A stretch of 64,000 nt of DNA from IMGVR_UViG_3300020084_000003:186001-250000, one strand, 5' to 3'; positions 1 through 9,481 are shown, counted from the stretch's first letter. A program made the numbers and translations. The notes: generated by a model from the letters alone, not told the origin.

Positions 1-220
1 AAGGAAATGTTACTTCAAATGGTTTATCTGGGCAACCAGCAGCAATGTGACTGTCCAGTGCGTTAGACCAAATCTCTCTTGTGATAGATTGAACTTTATC
101 AGCATACAAGCCTGAAATCAAGGTTTGAAATGCCTTACTATTTGCAACAATAGTAAAGGCATTTGTATCACCGGAAGAATTAATAGTTACGTCATTCTTA
201 GCATGTTTAGTAGTAATCAT
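1..220 (-). CDS. rIIA: RIIA-like protein (GHKL/Hsp90-like ATPase N-terminus), partial; runs off the left edge
   Basis: Not in the ORF track. Manual translation from ATG 220 (RBS TAAGGA) gives MITTKHAKN...KAFQTLISGLYADKVQSITREIWSNALDSHIAAGCPDKPFEVTFP, matching the RIIA LYxDK-RExxxNAxD motif. Confidence 0.75.
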   Translation of the reverse strand, partial: MITTKHAKNDVTINSSGDTNAFTIVANSKAFQTLISGLYADKVQSITREIWSNALDSHIAAGCPDKPFEVTFP

Positions 221-229
221 AATATATCC

Positions 230-901
230 TTATTCCGTGTTTTGGTTCCTCATTGGGCTACACACCGCATCCAGCATATCTGGATACCAATCGCCTCTAC
301 GCATCAATGTTTTAATTCTAATACCATAGCTGTAAACCTGACATTCGTTAACACCCGGTGCAACTACAGCGGCAACTCTGTCAGGATAGAAGAAATATCC
401 TCTGGTAAAAAGAGAATAAACTTGGTGAAATGCAGTCGGTCTTACCCTAAAGTAAACTGAGTTTGCTTCCGAACATGGAATGGTTTCACATCCGCGAACC
501 GAATAAACATCGTCTTCTGGGTTTACCTCTTCCGCATTGGTCAGATATATAACCTCATACTGCTGCGTTGTCAAGAACAAAGTTGCCTGATATGAGAAAA
601 ACAAAACCATAGGAATAAGATAAAGTGAAGCAACTGTGGCGAGGATCACCAGACCTGCCCTCATACGGGAAAATCTACCATCACCTTTGTATAGGGTCCA
701 TTTCCAAATTTTAATTTCTCTTTTGTAAACTAGTTTATTCCAAATCCACATGTAACGATCAGAAAACCAGCGCCATACACGAAAGATTCTGCGCCCAATG
801 GGGACCATGATTTTTTGCCAAATCCATGTCAGACCTAGCATATACTGTGCCAGCCATTTAAGGACTCGGGCAGGCCAAGGTTCTTTAAGATATTCGCTCA
901 T
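230..901 (-). CDS. Membrane protein: Trp/Arg-rich N-terminus, one TM helix, Cys-containing extracytoplasmic domain
   Basis: Hydrophobic AGLVILATVASLYLIPMVLFF; four Cys downstream; C-terminal YGIRIK...YP weakly recalls DUF1523. Confidence 0.6.
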   Translation of the reverse strand: MSEYLKEPWPARVLKWLAQYMLGLTWIWQKIMVPIGRRIFRVWRWFSDRYMWIWNKLVYKREIKIWKWTLYKGDGRFSRMRAGLVILATVASLYLIPMVLFFSYQATLFLTTQQYEVIYLTNAEEVNPEDDVYSVRGCETIPCSEANSVYFRVRPTAFHQVYSLFTRGYFFYPDRVAAVVAPGVNECQVYSYGIRIKTLMRRGDWYPDMLDAVCSPMRNQNTE

Positions 902-939
902 GGGACAAACCTTTCATAAATGGGATGGGAAGTCCCGCA

Positions 940-3003
940 TTATAGAATGCGGAACTTTTTGTTTTCATAAATGAACTCAAGTCTACCTGAATTGCCATCA
1001 AGAATGAAATCAGTAACTTGCGGCTCAAGCTGTGAAATAATGAAGCCGGGAAGACCACGCGCACCTGTTCTAGCATCATAATTTTCTTCACAGAATTTTT
1101 CAATGCAAGCATCACTAACCACAACATCAACATTGGAATGTTTGTAAGAATTCGCAACGTCAACCAGTTCACGCTTAACAATCTTTTCAATTGAATCAAG
1201 TTCAAGACGGTTAAAGCAAATGATGTTCTGACGGCCATTGAAACGGTTTAGGAATTCTGGACGATATTGCTCATCCAAATCAACCTTAGCCAATTTCTCA
1301 GCATCATCAAAGGACAGGTCCATATTAAGGAAATGAGGCTGACCGATGTTTGTTGTCATAATGATAATAGATTCCGAGAAATCTGCAACACGACCAACGT
1401 TATCAGTAAGACGCCCATCATCCAGAATTTGAAGGAAAAGGTTGAACACATCTGGGTGCGCCTTTTCAATCTCATCGAACAGGATGATTCGGTTTCTATT
1501 CTTTCGCATCTCATTTGTCAAGATGCCACCAGCTTCAAAGCCCTCGTAACCCGGAGGCGCACCAATTAGTTTAGAAACTGCATGACGCTCCATGTATTCC
1601 GACATATCAAAGCGCAGCAAAGCCTTAGCATCACCCTGTAGGGCTTCTGCAATTCTTTTAGCAACTTCTGTCTTGCCAACACCTGACGGACCCATGAACA
1701 GGAAACTGGCCTGCGGCTTGTTTTTATTCCGACGCCCAACACGTGACACTTTAATTGCGTTGGATGATTTCACCAGAACATGATCCTGACCGAAAACATG
1801 ACTTTTAAGAATTGTTTCAAGATTACGTAGAATCTCTTTTTCATCTTCGTCAAGTTTGTTTGCAGCAATACCAGTAATACGTGAAAATTCCTTTACGACT
1901 TCATCACGGGTAAGCATTAGATCAGCATTCATAATTTCAGTTAGTTCATCAAATTCTTTCTTTGATTTGATTACTTCTTCCTTTGCTACTTCTAGCATCT
2001 GGCGAAGACGAGTGATTTCAGGAGTATCATACGTTGTCCCTGAAATAAGAGCATCAAAACCAGTGTTTGCTGGACCCTCAGAACCTTTTTCTTTTTGAAT
2101 TTCAATCAGTTCTGCGATCTTTTCTTCAACCGAAACAATTGAATTTTCAGCTTGCCGTTGGCGATTGTGTGCATTACGCATACGAGCCTGACGATCCTTG
2201 AATTGCTTCACCTGTTCAATCATATCTTCTTGATTTTCAGAATTTTTCACAGAAGGCGTCCGGTGTGAGTCTAGACGATACCCGGCCAGCGCACGATCTA
2301 GCAGAGAAATTGCGCGACTTGGCTGAGAAATTCCTAGACCATTATCAATGCGATATTTAACTGTCAGTTCTATTGCAGTCTGAATTGCCTCTTCTGAGAT
2401 TTTAATGCGATGAAAATCTTGAAGTTTTGCAGCACCAGCATTGGTGATTTCTACCAGTGCTTCACCAACCGGCTCAGTCACATCCATCATGGTATAATTT
2501 TCACGAATATCTGAATGCCACTTGATAATGGGATCAATTGCAGAATCCGACACTTCAAGAATAACTTGAAGTTTACCTTCTTTGACTGCACTATTGATTA
2601 CGTTGATAAAATGCGAAGTCCCTGCGTTGCGGCAAGCTTCATAAAAATCACCAGTGTCTTCGATAATCAGAATAGGATCAATAGTATTGCGAAGACGGCG
2701 AATAGCAGAATTAAATGCTTTTGTAATCTCAGCATTATCACCTGACGAAAACATATTATCAACATCAAGCCAGAATAGCCTTTTTGCGACCAAATCAAAC
2801 GGCGCATTATCATCCGTTTTCATTTCTTGTAGCCCAAGGCATAGTGCGGTAGAACCAACACCAGAAGGACCAACCAGAAGAACAGAATTGCATTTCTTAC
2901 GAACAAGAATTGAAGACAGCAAGTCCATTTCAGCTTTACGACCGACTAGCTTGAAGTCTTTAATTTTGCTAAGATAGTCACTACCATTAATAAGATAATC
3001 CAT
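940..3003 (-). CDS. clpB: ClpB-like AAA+ ATPase lacking the N-domain; NBD1 degenerate, NBD2 intact
   Basis: NBD2 GPSGVGKT, RFDMSEY, GAPPGYEG, ILFDEIEKAHPDV, GRLTD, RPEFLNR, GARGL; NBD1 GPSGVGST/IIED; coiled-coil M-domain between them. Confidence 0.85.
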   Translation of the reverse strand: MDYLINGSDYLSKIKDFKLVGRKAEMDLLSSILVRKKCNSVLLVGPSGVGSTALCLGLQEMKTDDNAPFDLVAKRLFWLDVDNMFSSGDNAEITKAFNSAIRRLRNTIDPILIIEDTGDFYEACRNAGTSHFINVINSAVKEGKLQVILEVSDSAIDPIIKWHSDIRENYTMMDVTEPVGEALVEITNAGAAKLQDFHRIKISEEAIQTAIELTVKYRIDNGLGISQPSRAISLLDRALAGYRLDSHRTPSVKNSENQEDMIEQVKQFKDRQARMRNAHNRQRQAENSIVSVEEKIAELIEIQKEKGSEGPANTGFDALISGTTYDTPEITRLRQMLEVAKEEVIKSKKEFDELTEIMNADLMLTRDEVVKEFSRITGIAANKLDEDEKEILRNLETILKSHVFGQDHVLVKSSNAIKVSRVGRRNKNKPQASFLFMGPSGVGKTEVAKRIAEALQGDAKALLRFDMSEYMERHAVSKLIGAPPGYEGFEAGGILTNEMRKNRNRIILFDEIEKAHPDVFNLFLQILDDGRLTDNVGRVADFSESIIIMTTNIGQPHFLNMDLSFDDAEKLAKVDLDEQYRPEFLNRFNGRQNIICFNRLELDSIEKIVKRELVDVANSYKHSNVDVVVSDACIEKFCEENYDARTGARGLPGFIISQLEPQVTDFILDGNSGRLEFIYENKKFRIL

Positions 3004-3033
3004 ATTTTCCTCTTTTTAATTGATGGAAATTAA

Positions 3034-3055
3034 TGAGGGGCCGTTAAGCCCCTCA
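3034..3055 (-). terminator. Hairpin / probable intrinsic terminator
   Basis: TGAGGGGC-6nt-GCCCCTCA; same stem as 33711-33730. Confidence 0.65.
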
Positions 3056-3057
3056 GA

Positions 3058-4728
3058 TTAGAAACTAAATGAGTCTTTGGTTTTTTGGTTAGTATCTGGT
3101 TTGATACCTAGTGCATCTTCTGCACGTGCAAATTCACCATGAGCCATCTTAGTGTGTAGTGCTTCCGCATCACGTAGTTCTTTACGCAGATGTTCAGTTT
3201 GCTCAAATAGCGCAGTCATGTTTTCGTTCATTACAGTCAGACCTTGGCGAACAATATCAGACGAAGCTTTTTGAGTGTCGCGGAACGATTCTAGTTCAGC
3301 AAAAACGCTTTCCATGTCATTGTTGATTTTATCAACATTCATCGCATTACGAATGACTTCTTGTTGAGTAATTTCGTTAGTGCGGCGGCGCATGTGATCC
3401 AGAGTTTGTTCAACTACACCAGCAGATTCGCTAATAGCAGCACCAGATACAGCAGTCATGACAGATGCAAGACGATCAGCAGTTGCAGAAACACCCTGAG
3501 TATTCAGTTTGCGGGCAACATCGACTTGCTGATTTGTTGCTTCTTTCATAGAATTGACGCGAACGGTTTGTTGTGACAATTCGCCGTATGTTGTCAAGGT
3601 TTCGCCCTGTGCGCTATGCAGCATTTTTGAATGAGAATCTAGGTTGCGAAGTTTATCTTCGGTTTCCATTTTGGCAATAATGTCATCGCCAACTTCACCA
3701 AGACTTTTTTCAAGATCATCACGCTTGGACAGGTTTGTGGTAGCGGCAGTTTTCATGCCTTCTGTCATAATAGCATAAATTGAAACCATTTTACGGTTGT
3801 TATCGTCGGCTTTATCCAGTTGCTCAGTCAGAGTCCCAAATTCGCCGCGAATTAGATTTGTATTATCACGTGCGCTACTCACAAAATTAAGTGCAGAGTC
3901 ACGCAGACGAACAACTCGCGCAGAGTTTTCTTCGGATGAAAGATCAAGCAGTTCGCGAAGACGCTCTTTGTGGACAGCCATTTCGCCCAATTCAGATTGA
4001 CGATTAATAGTTTCATTCCGCATTTGTGTAATACTGTCAGCAAGTTCTTTTGCTTTTTGCTCACTTTGCTGAATAAGCAGTTCATTTGCAGCGATTTCTT
4101 TGCGGGCAGCTTCGGTGATGTTGCCATAACCAAACAGACCACGCTTTTGTGCCAGTTCAACGTTTTTCACACGGAGTTCCTGTGTCTTACGCACATTTTC
4201 AATGCGCTCTTGCTCTTTTTGAGCAAGATCAACTTTACGCTGTTCATCTGCCTTACGGTCATTTTCAATTTCTTGATATGCCTTGTGAAGATCGCCAGAT
4301 GTGCGTAGTTGATAAATGGAGTCGATAATTTCCATTAGCGGTTGAAGATCAGTTTCAAAGTCAATAAGACCTTTATTCATATCTTCAATAACACGCTGTA
4401 GCGATGCAAACGTGTCAGTATTTGTTAGTTCAATAATTTGTTCGGCCAGTTTTGTGTTCTGGTGTGAAAGCCATTCGCGGAATTCTTCATAGGCTTTAAT
4501 ATTGGCCCGATCCTGCTCTTTGTCTAGAGTAGAAGTCATCAATTTAGCCAATTCTGCCTTACGCTCATTAGGCGTTGCATTACCTGCAAGCATAATTTTA
4601 TAAATTGCGTTTCCTTGAATGTTGTCGGATGTATCTTCTTTAGTCGTAGAGCGCGCACTATTGCGAATACGCTCACGAACAGAATCATTAACTGCAACCG
4701 AACGTTTTAGACTTGAAGCACCTGCCAT
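3058..4728 (-). CDS. Long alpha-helical coiled-coil protein, function unknown
   Basis: Heptad-rich with almost no Pro; likely start MAGASS at 4728 with RBS GAAAGGA. Confidence 0.7.
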   Translation of the reverse strand: MAGASSLKRSVAVNDSVRERIRNSARSTTKEDTSDNIQGNAIYKIMLAGNATPNERKAELAKLMTSTLDKEQDRANIKAYEEFREWLSHQNTKLAEQIIELTNTDTFASLQRVIEDMNKGLIDFETDLQPLMEIIDSIYQLRTSGDLHKAYQEIENDRKADEQRKVDLAQKEQERIENVRKTQELRVKNVELAQKRGLFGYGNITEAARKEIAANELLIQQSEQKAKELADSITQMRNETINRQSELGEMAVHKERLRELLDLSSEENSARVVRLRDSALNFVSSARDNTNLIRGEFGTLTEQLDKADDNNRKMVSIYAIMTEGMKTAATTNLSKRDDLEKSLGEVGDDIIAKMETEDKLRNLDSHSKMLHSAQGETLTTYGELSQQTVRVNSMKEATNQQVDVARKLNTQGVSATADRLASVMTAVSGAAISESAGVVEQTLDHMRRRTNEITQQEVIRNAMNVDKINNDMESVFAELESFRDTQKASSDIVRQGLTVMNENMTALFEQTEHLRKELRDAEALHTKMAHGEFARAEDALGIKPDTNQKTKDSFSF

Positions 4729-4744
4729 AGTATAATTCCTTTCA

Positions 4745-4963
4745 TTAACCAAGTGTATAGATTATTAAGTAGTAGATTGGAAAAAACGGGAAGAACAGAA
4801 CTTTCTCGACCCATGTATATTCCGAAAATTTGAATTTAGGTTCTAAAGGAACCATGTGGTTTCTTTTCTCAAAGATTGTTTCATAGATGCCGATGCCGAT
4901 AGCACCAAGAATGCTACCGATCCATGCACCTATAAACAATCCTAAAAGCCATTCGATACCCAT
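4745..4963 (-). CDS. Small two-TM membrane protein
   Basis: Two hydrophobic segments; RBS AAAGGA. Confidence 0.6.
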   Translation of the reverse strand: MGIEWLLGLFIGAWIGSILGAIGIGIYETIFEKRNHMVPLEPKFKFSEYTWVEKVLFFPFFPIYYLIIYTLG

Positions 4964-4978
4964 TATGGTTCCTTTCCG

Positions 4979-5007
4979 AATCTATGCAGAAGTTATAGCA
5001 TTGTCAG
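4979..5007 (-). promoter_or_regulatory. Possible sigma70-type promoter
   Basis: CTGACA-17nt-TAGATT. Confidence 0.4.
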
Positions 5008-5270
5008 TTTGCCTTGTCAACCTCAATGTGATCGTATGATGCCTCATCAATATCTCCTAAGACAAGTTTATCTTCGATCCCTTGTGCAACGCATTTGTCG
5101 CAAATACAAACACGAAGTCTTTTAACTTCAACTACGGGGTCAAAAATGGTAGACCCATAGTGTCCATATGTTATAAATTCAAGCCCATCCATAGGATGGA
5201 AGCTATTTTCTTTTGGTGTGTCAAATTCTTCCAAGTCCTTTTTACACACAATACATTTAACTTTTTTCAT
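5004..5270 (-). CDS. Small Zn-finger-like hypothetical protein
   Basis: CIVC ... GHYGS ... CDKC. Confidence 0.6.
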   Translation of the reverse strand: MKKVKCIVCKKDLEEFDTPKENSFHPMDGLEFITYGHYGSTIFDPVVEVKRLRVCICDKCVAQGIEDKLVLGDIDEASYDHIEVDKAN

Positions 5271-5274
5271 TTTA

Positions 5275-5535
5275 TTACCCCCATATTATTGAAATACTGT
5301 TCTTGAGTATTCCCCTATTAAGGGAACATTTAAATCCTAAGTTTTCGAAATGTTCGATGATTAGTTTATGATTAACCTTGCGGTTAATATTCTTCTTAAC
5401 ACCATACATTCCATTGGTAGCTTTCTGCTCAATTTCATAGTTTATCTCGGAAATCAATACGGAAATTTCTTTATCATTAATACACTTTTCATAATATTGA
5501 TCCGCTAATTCCCGCATTTGATCCGCGTATGTCAT
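5275..5535 (-). CDS. Hypothetical phage protein
   Basis: ATGA overlap with thg1 stop; RBS AGGGAG. Confidence 0.55.
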   Translation of the reverse strand: MTYADQMRELADQYYEKCINDKEISVLISEINYEIEQKATNGMYGVKKNINRKVNHKLIIEHFENLGFKCSLNRGILKNSISIIWG

Positions 5536-6335
5536 TTTGGCTCCCTATGCCTTAGATCATCAAAAAATGCAATTTTATTCTCGAAAGACATTTTCGAAAA
5601 GTGTTTTGCTGTAGCCATCGCCACTTTCTTCCTTAGAATTACATCCCCATTTTCTCCCGTAATCTCAGTTTTTTCTCTGAAAATAACGGTTCCATAGCGA
5701 TATTGTTCCGGGTATTCGGCTTTAGCATCAATTCCGCGCTCTAGCATATCTGCATACATTTGTTTTCCAGATAGCTTTTGCATTGCGGCATGTCCAACCC
5801 TCCAACGATATACGCAGGACACGAAGTTTTTCTTACAATCCTGAATGCGCCAAAGAACAGAGTTGACAGCTTCGCCAACATCAGGGACGTTGAAAATCCT
5901 ACAATCAAAACGGGCAATATCTCCCGCTTTAAATTCTTCCTCTGCCGCAAATAGAATTTTTTCTTCTTTTACATTACGCAGGAAGAAAGCTGTTGCAGAT
6001 GCAGCGAAAATGCTAGTGCTTTTCTGCACTCGCCCATCAAACGGAATACATACTTTCCCGTTATCAGATTTGGGCAGAAAAATCAATGTGATTTCATCAG
6101 ACTGCACGTAACCAAAGTCTGCATGTAATTCGTCAACCAAATCCTTCGCAGTCTGCACCATGCAGTTGACCATATTACTATCATATGGTTTAACCATTTT
6201 ACTTGTGTATTTGGAAAACCGTTTTCCATCAATCCGACAGATAATAGGAGAATCAAGACTTAGAAAAGTCTCGGAGGACTTCTCATAAGCCTTCATCCTA
6301 TTTCCAAATTCGTCGTTCTTTTTGTAATCGCCCAT
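5532..6335 (-). CDS. thg1: tRNA(His) guanylyltransferase Thg1-like protein (3'-5' polymerase)
   Basis: RMKAYE, RIDGKRFSKY, YVQSDEI, FDGRVQK, FDCR, WRIQDC motifs; both catalytic Asp present. Confidence 0.92.
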   Translation of the reverse strand: MGDYKKNDEFGNRMKAYEKSSETFLSLDSPIICRIDGKRFSKYTSKMVKPYDSNMVNCMVQTAKDLVDELHADFGYVQSDEITLIFLPKSDNGKVCIPFDGRVQKSTSIFAASATAFFLRNVKEEKILFAAEEEFKAGDIARFDCRIFNVPDVGEAVNSVLWRIQDCKKNFVSCVYRWRVGHAAMQKLSGKQMYADMLERGIDAKAEYPEQYRYGTVIFREKTEITGENGDVILRKKVAMATAKHFSKMSFENKIAFFDDLRHREPK

Positions 6336-6343
6336 ATTATTTC

Positions 6344-6532
6344 CTATTTTTGCTTCAATGACTTCATAACAAATTCAAGTGGAGTTTGCTTGTTTGGTAG
6401 TTCTTTACCAATCATAAAATACTCTTCAAGCGTAATCAATGCGTCTTCCAAATCTTTGATTCTTCGACTTCCTTCTACGCATAGCACACGGGAAGGTTTC
6501 TCATGTTCCAGACGATATGTCAAGTCACTCAT
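6344..6532 (-). CDS. Hypothetical protein
   Basis: RBS AAGGAG; fills the gap in the operon. Confidence 0.5.
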   Translation of the reverse strand: MSDLTYRLEHEKPSRVLCVEGSRRIKDLEDALITLEEYFMIGKELPNKQTPLEFVMKSLKQK

Positions 6533-6559
6533 TTTAAATCTCCTTATTAGAGATGGTGC

Positions 6560-7576
6560 TTATCGCACCATCTCAGTTTTATTTTTAAGCCATTGAACAG
6601 CTTTCGCACCAATTACTTTCTTGGCCGAATTCATATCAATGCCCGATGCTTCACGCTCATTAACAGTTTCTTTTTCAATATCTGCAATGATAGCCCGCAT
6701 GAAATCGGGGGTGCGTTTCATTGAATATTCACCTTCACAATGCTCGGTAATCATTTGCTCACAACGTGCATCAGTGACATACGTATCAGCAAATTCATAA
6801 ACAGACGCAGGGACTTCAACTTTAACCTTTGCACCCTTGGTTTTATTTGCACTATGGGCTTCTGTCTTTGCTTTAAAGACCATTGCACCAAATAGATCGC
6901 GAGGAATACGAGCATAATTGCCGTCTAGCGATGGGTAGCAAACATAACCTTCACCAAAACCTTCGACGCCGAATAGATCAAAGATATATTCGTCTTTGAC
7001 AGAAATAGCATCAACCTTTTCGTTGATGTAATCTGCGAATGCTTGCGGCGAATTTGTTTCGTCCGATCCAAAGAAAACAACTTTACGTGCTTCATCTGCC
7101 CAAGGAAGAATGAAAACATCTTCATGGGTTGCCAGTTCGACCGAAATGAGTTTTTTAATTTCATCTGGTTCTGCTACGATATGACGTTCATTACCATTGA
7201 TAATTTCAATTGAAAAAATGAAGAATTTCTTTGAAGAAAGGCGCGTCACCGCGTCACCATTGTTGATGCCGTTGCCAGCCCACTCCCCACAAATAACATA
7301 CGTAGCATCTGGATAATCATATAGAGGATCAATTTGCCAAGCATCATAACCAATTTGGTTCGCCCAATTTGCGAAACCAAAGTTATCACTATTAACAGTA
7401 ATATCTTGCGAACGCTTTTGGTAAAAAATTCCATCTGGTTCAACACGAACCGCAGCATTAGTGCCGTGCAACTTGACCTTTGGACGATAGAACGCCTCTT
7501 TAATAAATCCACGTTGTGCAAAAATGATCGCATCCGAAAATTTATCAATTGAAGTCCACTTAACAAAACCAGTCAT
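6560..7576 (-). CDS. ATP-dependent RNA ligase, Rnl2 family
   Basis: Motif I KLHGTN, GEWAG, FFIF, GEGYV, FKAK; likely start MTGF at 7576 (RBS AAGGAG). Confidence 0.85.
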   Translation of the reverse strand: MTGFVKWTSIDKFSDAIIFAQRGFIKEAFYRPKVKLHGTNAAVRVEPDGIFYQKRSQDITVNSDNFGFANWANQIGYDAWQIDPLYDYPDATYVICGEWAGNGINNGDAVTRLSSKKFFIFSIEIINGNERHIVAEPDEIKKLISVELATHEDVFILPWADEARKVVFFGSDETNSPQAFADYINEKVDAISVKDEYIFDLFGVEGFGEGYVCYPSLDGNYARIPRDLFGAMVFKAKTEAHSANKTKGAKVKVEVPASVYEFADTYVTDARCEQMITEHCEGEYSMKRTPDFMRAIIADIEKETVNEREASGIDMNSAKKVIGAKAVQWLKNKTEMVR

Positions 7577-7606
7577 AACAATCTCTCCTTTCAATTTCAT
7601 TGCCCT

Positions 7607-7635
7607 CTTCTAACACTGATTCGTTGTGAAGTCAA
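7607..7635 (-). promoter_or_regulatory. Sigma70-type promoter
   Basis: TTGACT-17nt-TAGAAG. Confidence 0.6.
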
Positions 7636-7949
7636 GAGTAATCTTTATTCTCATAAATTACACACTCAGAGCTTAACTTGAAATACATTATTGCAATTTG
7701 TCTGTAGTGTTTGGCTGTAAACTCAGCTATCTTCTTAATGTCCTTTTCACTGCACATGATATTTACAGGAATAACCCTGTCTTCATACAGTGCGCCCTTG
7801 TGAACCCATTGACCCTTGCCGGGCTTTAGGATTGTAAGGCCACCTGTGATTTTTCTGACATACTCATCCCAATTCTTGTGATGCTTTGTTCTAACAGGCT
7901 TGCCATTATCATTAAAATTGCAAGGAACTAAGATTTGATACAAATTCAT
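7632..7949 (-). CDS. Hypothetical protein, possibly DUF3574/PII-like fold
   Basis: GGLT...GQW...YED...YRQIAI pattern; RBS AAAGGAG. Confidence 0.5.
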   Translation of the reverse strand: MNLYQILVPCNFNDNGKPVRTKHHKNWDEYVRKITGGLTILKPGKGQWVHKGALYEDRVIPVNIMCSEKDIKKIAEFTAKHYRQIAIMYFKLSSECVIYENKDYS

Positions 7950-7972
7950 GATATATCTCCTTTCAAAGTAGA

Positions 7973-7994
7973 AGGGCGAGGTTTCCCCCGCCCT
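7973..7994 (-). terminator. Intrinsic terminator after nadV
   Basis: AGGGCGGGG-GAAA-CCTCGCCCT followed by TCTACTTT on the minus strand. Confidence 0.7.
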
Positions 7995-8001
7995 ATATTA
8001 A

Positions 8002-9396
8002 TTACATTGCAGCATTTTCCCTGACTTGATCGAATTTCCAATCATAAATCAGGCGACCGTTTTCAAAGACAAGACCAAGTTCATCTTTTGCAAGATTTTC
8101 TTCGGTTTCAGGAACAGTGAAATAATCACCGTTGATATCTTTAATTACGCAGAATTTGCCTTGTTTAGATTTTTTGACCGGATCGGTGACAGGGCTTTTG
8201 CTGATTGCTTTGCCAACACCGTCAATGACCACGTAGCTTGCTTTCATGGCAAATTTTTGGTCATCGCGTTGTGGTGCGCCAAGCAGCTTGCCACCCATAC
8301 CAAAGGTAATGTTGTCACCAGACATTTTGTAGCTTTCCATATTTTCGTAAATCTTGGAGATAGAATCTTTGTCGATGCCATCGCCTTGAATTACACGAAT
8401 ATATGGAGGAAGAACTTTATAACCCTTTTCGTTAACAGTCCATCCGAAAACATTCATCAAAATGCGAATAACTTCAACTGGAACAACGGTAGGATCGCCG
8501 CTATCAGGACGAACAACCAGAGTTGCGCCAACTTCACCCAATGAAATCACTTTGTCTTTAAGAGTTCCACCCACAACATTTTCAACAAAATTGTAAATAT
8601 CGTAAGTATCAGAAACCGCAGAAATGATTTTCATTCCAGCCGCTAGGCTCTTGTCGATGTGATTTTCAAGATATTCTGCCTCTTGGTCAGGACCAAAAGA
8701 AGTAGAAATTGAATGCTCAGTCGCAGGAACAGAAAACGCAGTGGTGTTCAAATCTGCATTGTAGTAATTCATTGCAAATTCAAGACCAGAAATGGTATCA
8801 GTTCCCATGAAGTTGACTAGGTGTGCTGCACCGCCAATACCAGCAGATTCAAAGGTATGTGCGCCACGCGCCCCAAAATCGTGCAATTTGAAAAGAAGGC
8901 CACCAACATCACCAGTTTTTTCCAGATTCCGTTTAATCATTTTCTTGATTGCACGGCTATTGGTTGCCACAGTGGTTGGATACCAGATAGCGCGAAGCAT
9001 AGCGGTTTCAACCCAAGTGGTTAGCCAGTAAAATTCTGGATCGGTGTTGTAGATGGTTGCCATAACCGTTTTGGTCTTGACAATACTTCCCTCTGGAAGA
9101 GCTTTAATAGCAAGGGGAAGGAAGCCGTCATGTTTTTCAACAATACGCATCCACCCTTCGGTATTGAAAGGTTCACCATGAATTTTCATAAGACGTTCTG
9201 CTTTCAAAACATCTTGTTTGGTCACAGGTTTCATCAGATACTCCTTGATGAAATATTGCAGACCGAAAAATACCAATTCATCTTCATTGCCACCACGACT
9301 TTCAACATAACTGTAAACAGTAGTGGTGTTTTCTGGGTATTGTAGGAACATGCCTACTTTATAGCTGTCGGTATTAGTAATAATATTCTTTTCCAT
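8002..9396 (-). CDS. nadV: Nicotinamide phosphoribosyltransferase
   Basis: TDSYK, LHDFGARG, VPATEHS, VSDTYD, VRPDSGDP, IQGDG, FGMGG, KKSKQG. Confidence 0.95.
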   Translation of the reverse strand: MEKNIITNTDSYKVGMFLQYPENTTTVYSYVESRGGNEDELVFFGLQYFIKEYLMKPVTKQDVLKAERLMKIHGEPFNTEGWMRIVEKHDGFLPLAIKALPEGSIVKTKTVMATIYNTDPEFYWLTTWVETAMLRAIWYPTTVATNSRAIKKMIKRNLEKTGDVGGLLFKLHDFGARGAHTFESAGIGGAAHLVNFMGTDTISGLEFAMNYYNADLNTTAFSVPATEHSISTSFGPDQEAEYLENHIDKSLAAGMKIISAVSDTYDIYNFVENVVGGTLKDKVISLGEVGATLVVRPDSGDPTVVPVEVIRILMNVFGWTVNEKGYKVLPPYIRVIQGDGIDKDSISKIYENMESYKMSGDNITFGMGGKLLGAPQRDDQKFAMKASYVVIDGVGKAISKSPVTDPVKKSKQGKFCVIKDINGDYFTVPETEENLAKDELGLVFENGRLIYDWKFDQVRENAAM

Positions 9397-9443
9397 TAGA
9401 AACTCCTTCTAAATTGGTTTAGTTTGCCTTTATTGGCTCTTAT

Positions 9444-9472
9444 AATGTAGCATCTCAACACGCATTTGTCAA
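9444..9472 (-). promoter_or_regulatory. Sigma70-type promoter of nadV
   Basis: TTGACA-17nt-TACATT. Confidence 0.7.
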
Positions 9473-9481
9473 GTGCTACTT

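Noticed and set aside
885-1238. 117-aa alternative-frame ORF overlapping the clpB 3' end
   Set aside because: No RBS, recognisable motif or slippery site noticed; likely incidental
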